A stretch of DNA of 64,000 nucleotides, from assembly GCA_043228905.1 (NCBI GenBank), contig JBHGNT010000002.1, forward strand, positions 28,086,001-28,150,000, read 5' to 3'. Shown here one piece after another: positions 44,281-56,350 of the stretch. The stretch is from Azolla caroliniana (Eukaryota > Plantae > Polypodiophyta). Both the position numbers and the translations under genes were made by a program. Numbering within the stretch: position 1 is the first letter of the stretch; each line of letters begins with the position of its first letter. A model generated the notes under the pieces. That model was given only the letters and a program-made list of their open reading frames with translations, was not told the DNA's origin and searched no databases.

Positions 44281-45465
44281 AAGATGAAAAATACTCCCTA
44301 TTACCTAAGAATAAAAATGGAGTGACACATTATCAGATAAAATTGTGAGTGCATCTCAATTGTAAAAGGAGTGAGTATGAATTGTGATATTGATGCATTT
44401 ATTACATTACATTGAATATGTCTCAATCATGTTGCTCGTTAACTACATACATTTTGACAAATAGCTTATGTTATGGCATATGGTTAATGACAACACTTTG
44501 TGGTATCAAGCATGTATTTCCATGAATTTTCATATGCTCTAAGATATCTAGTGGTTTCCTTGATGTACATAGGTGATCTCTATGTATGCCTACTTGCTCA
44601 ATTATTTCAAATGTCTTCGGACAAAAGATGTCCCACATACACATTGACATGCATGTGGATAAGCAAGTTTTTAGTACTGACCAAGGGCAATAGCAATTGA
44701 TTTTCTTATAAAGAAAGTTCATGAAAAACAAAATAAGAATTTAGAATATAACATGAAACATTATAATCAATGCATAGAAAAAGTCATACAAAAGCTCTTT
44801 TATGAGTTTTCTTAGTAATGTACATGGGACCCTTCACTTTAACCCCAACCATCACACAATAGTTTATTAAATGTGGTGTCTTAATGGTTTATCAGAAAAC
44901 TATAGCAATGTAGCCTATGAATATATATAATGCCTTTGGTAAGCAATATCACCCATTCATGCATGTCCCCACATGAAGAGTAAGCCTCCTTCTTGACCTT
45001 TGGCATTGCCATTTGACTCATTCCCCCCTGTGAGAATGTGTGCATTCACGAGTCTATTGGACTTGAGGGTAGGGCACTCAAAACTCACATTTTGGGATTG
45101 ATGACTACACCAAGGTTCAACGTCAGTGCTAGGTTGTTTGTTTCATAGTATTCTTTCTCACTTTGACATGTATAAGTGCACTTTCCCTTTTCCACAATGA
45201 GTGTGCATACGTTTCAGAAAAGTGTCGGCAAGTACACAACCTACTATCATGTACACCATTATAGTGCAACAAGATTTAGTTTACATTGCAACATTGGGTT
45301 AGACACCATTTGTTTCCCAATAGGAACAGTGAAGGAGGTATGTTACCCATTCATTCCTTTGTGGCAGCATGTATTTCACAATTACAGCCCATTGAGTTAA
45401 CATCATAGCATTCTAGCATCACTGAGCATGTATTTCTCTCGCAGAATAGGTGTCTATATCCATGT

Positions 45466-46549
45466 TTAGGAATTCATCTCTTCGTCCTCTATCTTTGAAG
45501 CCAAATACAACCTTCCATTAATGTAACTCATTTCAGCTATTTGGTACTTCACAACAATAGCCAATTCACTTGACATACTAAGACTAACTATATTAGATAG
45601 AGGTGGTGCCTTTGCTTTTGAGAAAGAGTTGATGTATTCTACTGCAAAGGTTAAAGTCACTGGTTTAATCTCTTTTGCATCCTCTGGCTGCAAGAGGAAC
45701 GCAGTTTTAACAAAGGTCCTCTTACTTAACTATGCCCATATCATTCATTGGGCCAATAAGCTTGTTGGAAAATTCTAGTATACAACTGCCTTTGTCTTAG
45801 ACAAGCAGATTTGTTCCAACAAGGTATTGTTTAAGTGTTATTGGGAAAGAAGATATAAGCATTCTTCACTTTACTGCCTAGGTGACTCATAAGTTGTATC
45901 TTTAGAGAAGTTTCAGGTTACCATGCTTTGTTTGATACATGTACATAGCTAGACCTATTTAAGTTGCTTGTCTCTGCATAGCCATGAACTTAGAAATCAT
46001 AACTTTAGAGAAGTAATGGGTATTTCCAGACCTCACTCACTTACTGCCTGCTACTTTGAAGTGATAGTAGAAACAAGACAGCCAGACGAAGCAGCAAGTG
46101 GTGAAACTAAACATAGCAAGGGCTGCTAGCCATAGGATATCAGACCAAACAAAAGCACGATAAGCAAAAGCAAAATGAAAGTAACCCATAAGAGATATGT
46201 TCCTCAAAGCATTAACTCCTATGAATGCGAATCCCATATCCACTAAATGAAAGACATGCATGTGTTTGTTAGTGTATATGTGTGTCTGTGAGTAGAGAGA
46301 GAGAGATGTTCTACAATCCATCGGCACACTGATGTAACATATCTACTCTAATCTATATTATTTACATCAGTACATGTGCATGCCTATATATTCATGCAAA
46401 ATACATACATACATTGGCACACATTCATACATACATATACATGAAAAGCAGAGAAAGACATAACCTATAAAAGCATGATGTTTCGAAACATAGTTGGGCT
46501 TTCAAACATGAAGGCAGGTGTCTTCATTGAAGTAGCCTTAGCTCCAAAT
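45466..46549 (-). pseudogene. PCNA: Unprocessed PCNA pseudogene with large internal deletions
   Basis: Remnant exon 46494-46549 reads AT-TTG GAG CTA AGG CTA CTT CAA TGA (from MLELRLVQG), fused to FMFESP, with the donor GT changed to CT. Last exon 45466-45687 after a CAG acceptor reads [54 protein letters not shown]. Middle exon not seen. Confidence 0.9.
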
Positions 46550-46679
46550 CGCCCCTTCTTCTTCTTCTTCTTCTTCTTCTTCTTCTTTGATGGTTTTGCT
46601 TTTGTCTGTTTTCGTCGAGAATGGAATTTACGGTTTCCTGTTCTTGAGTTTTATTAGGGATGTAATAAGGTTCTTTCTT

Positions 46680-46856
46680 TAGGGTTTTTACTTTGGGCGT
46701 TCTTGTAGAGTTTTCTAGGATGTCCAAGTTCAGGATTTAGGCGTAACAGTGTCTCTGGATTTCTTTGTTATAGATAGGGTTTTCTGGTTGGGGCAGGATT
46801 AGGGTAACGCTGTAAAGCCCAACATTCAGAGACTCTGAATGTTTTTGGCGGGAAAA
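46680..46856 (-). promoter_or_regulatory. Retained PCNA-type promoter: E2F site, site II, telo-boxes
   Basis: TTTTGGCGGGAAAA at 46843-46856 (E2F consensus on both strands), AGCCCA at 46816, and TAGGGTTT at 46680 and 46775. Confidence 0.75.
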
Positions 46857-46867
46857 TATTCTTGGAT

Positions 46868-48242
46868 ATAAACCATGGAAGAAGATGATGGATGATATTG
46901 GAGTGGGCATGTTGTCACTAGTGGATCATGCATGTTTACAAAAGACCTATTTATTCTTCTAATTCCCCACTTCAAACCATCCTATGCATAGTTGACATAT
47001 ATAATCTATGCCAATTAAACCATCTCAACAATCATTACCAATTTGTAAGGGCCATCTCATGTACTAAAATCATAATCTGTGTACCTTTGCTAAACCTAGA
47101 GTTTTTCTTTTGTTTTTAATATGGATAGCCTAAACATGCTCCTGTTTGTTAACTACTAAGCACTTTAGAAAGACACACGAAGCGAATGTGGGGCAATACT
47201 ATCACAAAAACACCAACACCCAAAAAGCCCATTTGCACGTTGGTTGGTTTGATGTCTAAATGATGCCAATCCAACGTATCGGAGCCTTATAATCATCATT
47301 ACTTTTGTTGTTGCAACTTTGTCCGATAATCTCTCTCTCACACACACACACGCATGATCACAAGCGGGTATCTTCTCCAATGGACATTAAAAAGATATCG
47401 ATGTATGTATGTATGTACATACATATCTACCTATCCAATGTCGGAAAAACACAAGGGGGGCATTATTCTTGGACGTGTAAAATGGTGAAGGGTAGTTTGG
47501 GAATATCAGAAAATGGTAGGGGCAGTGGTGCGAGTTTCCATAAACATAAAAATCAAAAGGCCTCGCGAGGGAGAGAGAAGAGGCAGACAGACGCCGGGGG
47601 TTATGGCTGCTGCTGCTTCTTCTTCGTCGTCGTCGTCTGCCTCAGAGATCGACGAGCTTCGTGGAGCTCTCGCGAGCAAAGGATTAGTCCTCAAAGACTC
47701 CATCCTCGCACGCGTCGCCAGATCGAAGTCTCTGAAAGACCTAGTCGTCCCTACCGAAACGGCCGGGGAAACAAGGAGGGAAGAAGCGTTGAAGGAGGAG
47801 GAGGCGGAGGCGGAGGCGGATGAAGAATTAGGGTTCGAGAAGAGGTTGCGAGCTTTAATTAATGATGGGTCGAAGAAAGAGGATCATGAAGCTGCTGTTG
47901 ATGTAGGCTCGAAGGAGGAAGAAAGAGGTATTTATATGTGAATTTACTCGTATGGGCGGGTTTGTGAAATTGAAACCATATTTGTGCGTTTGCAGCTGTG
48001 TATATGTATATTTCTACATGTGCGGGTATGTGAAATGTGTATTTGTACGCTTGTACGCGTACATCTGTTTAATTGGCATATAAACCATGGAAGAAGATGA
48101 TGATATTGGAGTGGGCATGTTGTCACTAGTGGATCATGCATGTTTACAAAAGACCTAGTCATTCTTCTAATTCCCCACTTCAAACCATCCTATGCATAGT
48201 TGAAACTTGACATATATATAATCTATGCCAATTAAACCATCT
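46868..48242 (+). repeat. ~160-bp direct repeat pair (46868-47024 and 48079-48242) flanking MOS11-like exon 1
   Basis: ataaaccatggaagaagatgatg..gtgggcatgttgtcactagtggatcatgc..aatctatgccaattaaaccatct nearly identical in both copies. Confidence 0.92.
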
Positions 48243-50047
48243 ATGGAACACTGTATTTGTATGCGTATTTTGGATGTCTATGTGTATGTGACACATTGTA
48301 TAGATATGCGTATTTTGGTTTGCCTATGTGTGTGCATATGGGACTGTATGTCTACATGTTTGGGTATACGGATATGGGTATGGTAGTGTATGTGTGTGCT
48401 TGTATATGGCATGACTGCGATCACTAACTTGAATTCAAACAGAAGCAGAGAAAGAATTGTTTGTTGTGAATGATGAGGATGAGAATGTGGAGAAAAAAGA
48501 TGGTAAGCAAAAGCAAGAGGTTTCTGATAATATTGGAGTTTCATCTTTGGAGGCTGAGAAACTTAAAAAGCGGGCTGCCAGGTAATGCAGAATGTCATTT
48601 TCTTTCTAAAAACAAACGGTTAATATGAAAGATTTGTTTCGTCACCTGTTTTTTTTTACTACAGAGAGAAATTGATCGATCTAATTTCCTTACCTGAAAG
48701 TTTACAAAAGTTACTATGATTATTGGGCATAATCTTTTTACTTATCAGAAAGTTTACAGATGCACCTATGATTATTGGGCATAATCTAAAGTACAATTGC
48801 TAGCCCATTGTTTGCATTTTTAGTGGGTTCTCATCATAATTAGATTAGGCCCCATAAACTTATTAGGATTCTTAGTCAAGACTCAAAGCATAACATTTAA
48901 CACTAACTATGTTGTTAATTTAGTATATGAAAAATAATTGCATCAAATTTAGTTAACTGGAAAGTAGGGTTTTCTGGAACATGTTATAAGTTAGCTGATA
49001 AATTGAATTAAGGGAAAAATTCTGAAGAGTCCCAAGTTTTTATTATCTCACAAACGCTCTTGGTTAAAATTGCTCAATTGTAGTTTCTGGGTCTGGAAAA
49101 GGGCATTTGGGGAAATTAAATAACTGAAAGATGTTAGAAAAAGGGTGAAAGAAACCTGCTATATCATTACACAAAGCAATGATATCAAACAGGGTAGATG
49201 GGGGGTTATTGCTTAGTATTTAGCAAGAAATCAGATATTCAAGTAATCAATGTATAGATCATTTCCTGAACTGAAATGTGATACACAATGATGAACAGTG
49301 ACTGAGACAGACATGTGACACTTGAAATTTTCTATTACAAACATAGTTTGCATGCAATTCCAGATTTGGCACAGCTAACAATGATAACAAAGAAGAGGAA
49401 GAAAAGAAAAGAGCACGAGCTGCAAGGTGGTGTAAAATGATTTTTTATTTTGCTTTTAAAAATGTGCAATGTTTGACATAAACATTTTCATTTGCTTCTA
49501 ATAATGTGCATATGAAAGAACTACTTAGTTTCTATCAGCAACATCTCTCTTTGTTATCAGGTTTGGTATAGCTGATGAGGATGCTAAAAAGAAAGCTCGC
49601 ATCGAAAGGTTCAGCAAAAGTTTAGTCGATGAAGATCCCATAGAGGTTGAGAAGAGAAAAGCAAGGGCAGCGAGGTAAATTTTTGTGAGAACATCTATTA
49701 CCATGAAAAATATTGGGAGTATTTTGGGTTCAAAAAATTCTAGGGTTATTTTGTGACTTACATGAAAACGAGGCGTACTTTCACGTAATGAGGGTGAATT
49801 TGGTCTGATTGATTAACAACCAGTAACTGATGACACACACCACCATGATTACAATATTGGACTCAATCAAAAGCAAAATATAAAATCTTTTTTCCCACTT
49901 GCGGATCCTCTCATCCAAGAGTTGGATGATCATCATTTAAATGTATTCTCATTCTTCAGAAAAAAACTTTTTTGACTTATCTGTGTATAAGTGAATTAAA
50001 ATTCTGTTTCATTTTTCAGGTTTGCGATAGTTGCAAATGAGAACTGA
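47603..50047 (+). CDS. MOS11: MOS11/Tho1/SARNP(CIP29)-like mRNA export factor
   Basis: Exons 47603-47927, 48443-48581, 49364-49426, 49561-49674 and 50020-50047 splice in frame. They give EAEKLKKRAARFG..KKRARAARFG..KKKARIERFS..KRKARAARFA. Confidence 0.85.
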
Positions 50048-50789
50048 TGCCATATTCAGCTTTGTCCTACTGCACAAAGTAAAACATGCATTGGTTTGCT
50101 GTGTTTCCGTCATCATTTTTATTCCATTCGCATGTTGGTGGATGTGTGATTTTTATTATTGTTAGGGATCTTGAAGATGAAATTTTAATCTTAGTTTACA
50201 TTTCTATCTTTGGAAAGAAAATTTCATTGGTACAATAATGTGGTACCATATTCTATAGTTTGTCTTTTTTTTCTGTTGCCTTGTGATAAGTTTTGAGTCT
50301 TTTGGACCAGGCTTTGAACCCCTTCATTCGGATATCAATTTTGTTGGAGAGCCTCTTTGGGATGGCCACCTATATATATGTATGTGAACATTAAATGTTC
50401 AATTTGTTTATATTTAATTTTTTGTTCACCTCGTCGGCGAAACCCGAGGAATTATGAAGGATGAAACTTAATTATCAGAAATGACATCTACTCTGGACAT
50501 GATATAGAAACAAACATAATACATCTTTGTCTTCTCTTGATTGAACCTATAAGGTCCACATGTTGCATTTTCCTCACATGATGAATTATTCAAGCACTAC
50601 ATGTGGTGACATAGTACAACCTATTTCAGCAATTTGTTTCTGACATTGGCGTGATTAAGCTTGTGGAATGATAACCATTAATCTTGTGAACAATATATAG
50701 TTATCAAACTTACATAATGTGTGAACAGTTCACAACATTTTAACCTTCTGATATGATTAATCTTGTGAATGATGTAAGGCTGTATTGTT

Positions 50790-50980
50790 ATGTTGAACTG
50801 GTAATGTTTATTTTCATCAATCATAGAGTTTTGTAATGCTGCTCATAACAATGTTCATTATCTTTTGATAAGCTGTGAATGATATATAAGTTTGTAAACT
50901 TGCATTATGCTGCACATGGCAATGTTTATTTTCATTAATCATTAAGTTTTGTAATGCTGCTCATAACAATGTTCATGTTC
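50790..50980. repeat. Imperfect ~120-bp duplication downstream of the MOS11-like gene
   Basis: aatgtttattttcat.aatcat..agttttgtaatgctgctcataacaatgttcat at ~50803 and ~50921. Confidence 0.75.
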
Positions 50981-51566
50981 TTCTACTGAGTGGTAAGTTT
51001 CCAGAGTGGGTCATTGTGTTCCTTTAATTATGTTACTGTTGGACATTATCTGCCATGTAAAAATGCTTGTCATGCTCCTACAATCCTATTTACCTCCTGT
51101 GAGACCACCCACCTAATACTGTCTATTTCCCAAGCAATTGTTAAATTACATATAGTTTTCTTTACGAACTAAACCATATCTATGCGAAAGATATCATTTA
51201 GGAAAAAGGTTGGCTTCTCCAAAATTTGTCAGTGGATACCAAGAAGATAGTTATTTGCTCCAAAATGTAAGAAGAAACCAAATTATAATGCTCCATTCCT
51301 CTGATATTTTTTCGTGTTTAAATATTCGGATGTCAAATGATAAACAATAAACTTCTACAAAACGAGAGAAACTAAACGTTACATACTCGTCGAATCATAA
51401 CCTCCCCAATAATGAGTAATCAAACTTAATTACACAATTTGCTACCCCAACAAAAAGCTAGGTACAATTAGTTTGTCCCCTACTGATGCCACCAAGCCAG
51501 CTTGCTAAAATTAATGAAGTTGCAGTGATCATTTAGAGAAGGGGAGAGTAAAACCATGATTACTAG

Positions 51567-51770
51567 TAGGTTAGGTGTAGGAATCCCATTTCTGGTACTT
51601 CACAACGAAAGGAAGTTTTGTAAGCGGTGAATAGATAGATACTTTGCACGCGATAAATAAACACGCATTGTAGGTTTGGTGCAGGGATCCAATTTCTGGT
51701 GCTTCACAAAAGGAAGTTTTGTATGCGGTGAATAGATCGATACTTTGTAAGCGATAAATGAACACGCATG
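51567..51770. repeat. ~104-bp tandem duplication containing a hairpin-capable segment
   Basis: taggtt.ggtg.agg.atcc.atttctggt.cttcacaa..aaggaagttttgta.gcggtgaatagat.gatactttg...gcgataaat.aacacgcat x2. Confidence 0.85.
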
Positions 51771-54700
51771 TCAAAAACACTGATGACCGGCCCTGTCTGT
51801 TATATACGATCTAATGATCAGGCACAGTGACCAAATAATCAGATACTGAGACTGGCTTTCGGGCAATAGGTAACAAGCACTATATGGTTCCCACAATCAA
51901 CTACAGTCGCTCCCACTATAAGTCCAGACAACCAGTGAGATTGGCGATCAGGCGGTCATCATCAATCTGCCAATACTGTCGATAGATTTATCGTAATCAT
52001 TCATGTGTAAAAAGTGCCCAGCGAGACACATCACCACAGTAAAATCATGGAGCTTCTGCGAAGCATGCACCATTTCCTAATATTGGCTCACAGGACAGAA
52101 TTATGATACATGACATGGCAGGACAGGGGAGGGCAGTTCTTAAACTCTCATCCCATGAAATTCCTGTTTTAGTCTCCACTGCCACTGCCTTCAAGACACC
52201 ATTAATGATAAACTACTCCGACTTTTATTTTACGACCCTGCCACGAACCCTAAACCTAAATACGCAGGAGTCGAAACATTGTTACACCCCCTGAATACAC
52301 AGTAGACACATCATTATGCTTGAAACACGCTATTATATCTTTAAAACACCCAAAAAACTCACAAGTGTCTACATATACAGAATCCAGACCCTCCCATTAA
52401 CCCTAAATATCCAGCAGACACAGCATTATTATTCTGAGGGAAATGGAACTGTAAGATCTCGTGTAGAAGGAGACAAAGAAAAAGCAGAATCTCCATGGAT
52501 CTGTTGAGATCTGTGAATAGATTACTCGCTATTGGCCTATCATGAAACCAAAAGAACCCATGACTGTACAGAAGAATCCTGGTCAATCTAGTAGGCCATT
52601 ATTACGTCGAAGAACACATCAAAACCCTAAATTGATCCCCAGATCATGTCTGCTTCCTTCCATATCTCTAACTTCATCGGTTTATATTTTGAAGAACTGC
52701 GTCGATTAGGGCTTGACACTCTTGTTTGGTTTCACACGCATTCGCATGTCCCCAACTCTCCTGATACCAATCCCAAACCCTTCTCGCTGATGTTTCTGTC
52801 GGAGGATACGTGTTTGTCATTGACTCACTTCTCAAATCCCACATGTTTAGTGCATTGCAATCCAATCCTTATATCAATAGCAACAGAGTACATTATCGGG
52901 CTCATTGGCTATTGTGTTAATAGTCAAAGGTCGTTTGGGGGCTTCATTGCCATCTGATCCTTATATTGATAGCGGTAGTGTACATTTTCGGGCTCATTGG
53001 CTATTGTAGTGATGGTTGTTATTGGGCTCATTGGCTACTTCCCTTGACATTGCCCTTGACCTCGTGTTGGCTAACTTGGTTGTTTGATCCCTTTTTGGAG
53101 CCAATAATAAATAGTAAGGTTGTTTGTGGGCTTCCAAAGCCAGGGAACCATGTATCCCTACTCAATTGGATGTTTATTCTTGAACATGTTTTTGTATAGA
53201 GCTTTCATCACATGAAATATAAGTTGTTTCATTAAACAATTTTCAATGGCTTGTTTCCGCATCCCCGATGCTTGGCCTCTTTCGCCCTAAAACTGATTGA
53301 AAATAACTTCACCCAAATTATGAAGAACATTCGAGTTTCTCCTAGAGCTTCCCATTTATGTGTAGCATGAAGTCGCATATACAAATGATGATTTTGACCT
53401 TCTATATGAACTTATAAAACACATTGATATTATTATTAGTGTACGATAAGTTGGACATAATCAATGAAATAACACTTTGGGGCTCCAACTTTCATCCATG
53501 TGGAGCATGACATGTGACATGTTGTATGTAAGGATTTCGACAAAGCTCTTTTTCTAAGGAGAGGGCATCTCCCTTGGAATGGAAAAATATGATGATGATC
53601 CTCACTCGGGGATAGAAACATCTATCAAAATTTCGATGCAAACAAATTGGTGACGAAGAATAATTATTTGATATGGGAAACTCTTGGATGGAACTTCATG
53701 TTGGAATATGAAACTAGCATTATGTGCAAAGGATTGAGTTCACTTTAGAAGGAGACATCTTTGCATGTGTTCGATGCATAGCTAAAGAAGTTTACATAAT
53801 GTACCATCGTGGTACTGCTTTTAATTGAAATCAACTACGTAGAAATATTTGAAGCAAAAGTTTTCAGTAGGTTAAGAACTACTTCACTTGATGGGAGGGC
53901 ATCTTCTCGCATGGTATGATCTTTATATGTCTCAACAACTTCTTATCCTTTATATTTGTAATGGGTGTGCAATGTCATCCAAAAGTTGGAAATATAGGAA
54001 AACAAGGAGCCTCGATAGTGAATACCCTCAACTTTAGGTCATGGATTCAACTATGGTAACCAAAAACATACATAGCCCCTCTACTTTAGGTCTCCCATAT
54101 TGGCAACTCTCAACTCTGGTCATATTTTTTTACATCACGTGTGTAATCACTCTATTTATAGCTACCCTCGCTCGTTGTTGTGAATACATATCAATTCACA
54201 ATTCCACTACACACGTGTCACCACCTCTCCCACCATTCTCTGTTGGACGTGTTGATGTTAATTGCCTCACTCCTTGTTCACGTGTCAATAGCTCGCTATC
54301 TTCAAATTGTCATGGAAATATTTCCCTAGTCATCCATCCTGGTGATAAACATGCTTTGGCATGCAATAAACCTATACACCAAGTTTGATTACTACTTTCC
54401 ATGTATGTTCACTTCACATATAACCTAGACTTGCCTTATGGTTTGTGATTATATTGAGTTGTATGTGCCTTATTATTGTTTTATTCCATTTGAATATGAT
54501 TTTGGGGTGCATGTTCATGGAACACACACACACACCTTTTGAGTTATTCAAAAACAAATTTCCCATTGATGTTGATTTATCAATTTGATCTATAGTTTTG
54601 GAGCATTCGTAAAAAAAAATGTTGATTCATTTCTCTCTCAAATGACTACCAATTAATGTCGATTGTTTTTAGCACTGAGGTTTGAACAAATTTTTGTGGA

Positions 54701-56350
54701 AATTGGTTTGAAAAATTATATTTGTTTGGACAAATTGTTGTGCATTATCTCAAACTAGAAATATGAAATAAATTTTGCAATAAAAACTATACTTTAGTAC
54801 TTGTTATACACTTAATTGCCATGGACATTTTCATGACGAACCATTGTAATGGAAGTAAGAGAACATGTAGAACCGAAGAAAGGGTCTTGTGAACCGATCA
54901 TGTGAAAGGATATAAAAGTTAAACGATAAGATCGTCGCAAGCTTATCCTTCACATTCTCAACTTAGGCTAGAACATGCATGGACTCTCTTTGTCTCTGTC
55001 TCTCTCTGTCTCTCTCCATTGATCACTATCGTGAGTGGTACCCTAAGCACAACATTAATTGTCATAATGAGCAAAGTAAGCCTTATTGCATAACCTCTTA
55101 TATAAACTTAGTTGTGTAGATCATTTTTTGAAGCTTGCTATATACTAATGATCATGGATAATTCAATGATGGCCCAAGGACAATGCCATTCATACTCCTA
55201 CCTAGGATGCTTCAAAAGGAAGTTGAGTCATGCAACAAGACAGGATATATGATGCCCCAAACACCTAAAGCGCTACATAAGTCACAAGTGCCGATACTCA
55301 AATTCATGCATGTCATGATATCACTAAGAGAGCAAGGCCTTTGTCATGCAAAATCCAAGCAATTTTGGGTCCACTAAAATGTTTGGGCAAGGGCCTTTAG
55401 TAGAGCACCCTAAGTCACCACTAGCCCATCCCCCCACCAACCATTTCACCTCATCAACGCCCACTTCCTTGCATAAGAACTTGCTTTGTTGGGTTAAAAT
55501 ATGACCATCGAATTGATATTCAGGCTATGAGGGTCACCCACTCCACCAACCCAAGGAATCACAAAGCCATTGAGAGTGAGAAAAACACCCCCAAGTTTTC
55601 TCTCAATATACATTGGTAGATACTAAAATTTCTCGATGTACGGGTTGTGAAGTGAACAAAGGGAAACCAATATGTCAAAGACCACAAGGACCCCATGTTT
55701 GTTCTAAAAAAAGAGCAACTACAATGGACAATAGCAGCAATCATATATACTAGCAATTATCAATCAAAGTTTCACTCTCGATTGGTTAGGCATAGATTGC
55801 AAGTGTTTGTCGTAGCTAGGGATTGGAATTGTTTGTCACGGTGACCAAACAACTATCAAAGGTTCATTCCAACATATCATGCATTGATTGAGAAATTAAA
55901 AGATAGTTCGAGGCATGAATAAACACCCGAAACCATTAAACGTAATAGCAACAATAATTGATGAATGAAGGAACACATCAATAATCAAATCAAAGTTTTG
56001 CTTGTAGAGTCAAGAGCCTCTAAATGGAACAACAAGAAGAATGGATGAACCTCCACATCAATATTCGAATTGAATTAAAGTTTTGCTTGTTGAGACACTG
56101 GCCACCATTCACTCAGGTAGAATAAGTAGACACTACTCTTTGATTTTTTTCAAATAAATTTGGTGTTCGGAGGATTGTTTCTCTGTGCATTTAAACCTAT
56201 GTATTCCAAAGATATGGATTTGCTCTGGGAAGAATTCTTCAGAGACCCGTCCCAGTTTTGGGACAATCGAGTCAACAAGGTATTGATAGTCTTATTACAT
56301 TATTCTTGACTTTGACTTTTCGACCTTGACCTTGGACTTGACTCAGAAAA

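Noticed and set aside
45780-45830. Possible trace of the PCNA middle exon end
   Set aside because: Similarity too weak to support.
47305-47823. 172-aa ORF overlapping MOS11-like exon 1
   Set aside because: Alternate frame through low-complexity GC-rich sequence.
52240-52262. AACCCTAAACC resembling a telomerase RNA template
   Set aside because: No USE/TATA at the right distance and no recognisable conserved TR regions; more likely a telo-box.
52639-52670. tctgcttcctt similar to U14 domain B
   Set aside because: Lacks the following GGATGTCTGA and domain A.
52836-52875. USE-like ATCCCACATG plus TATA at Pol III spacing
   Set aside because: Imperfect USE, and the downstream sequence matches no snRNA I recognise and is part of a local duplication.
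53300-54000. Possible transposase remnant (also 21300-21700, 25400-26060, 30840-31200)
   Set aside because: Coding-like but no motif clear enough to assign a family by eye.
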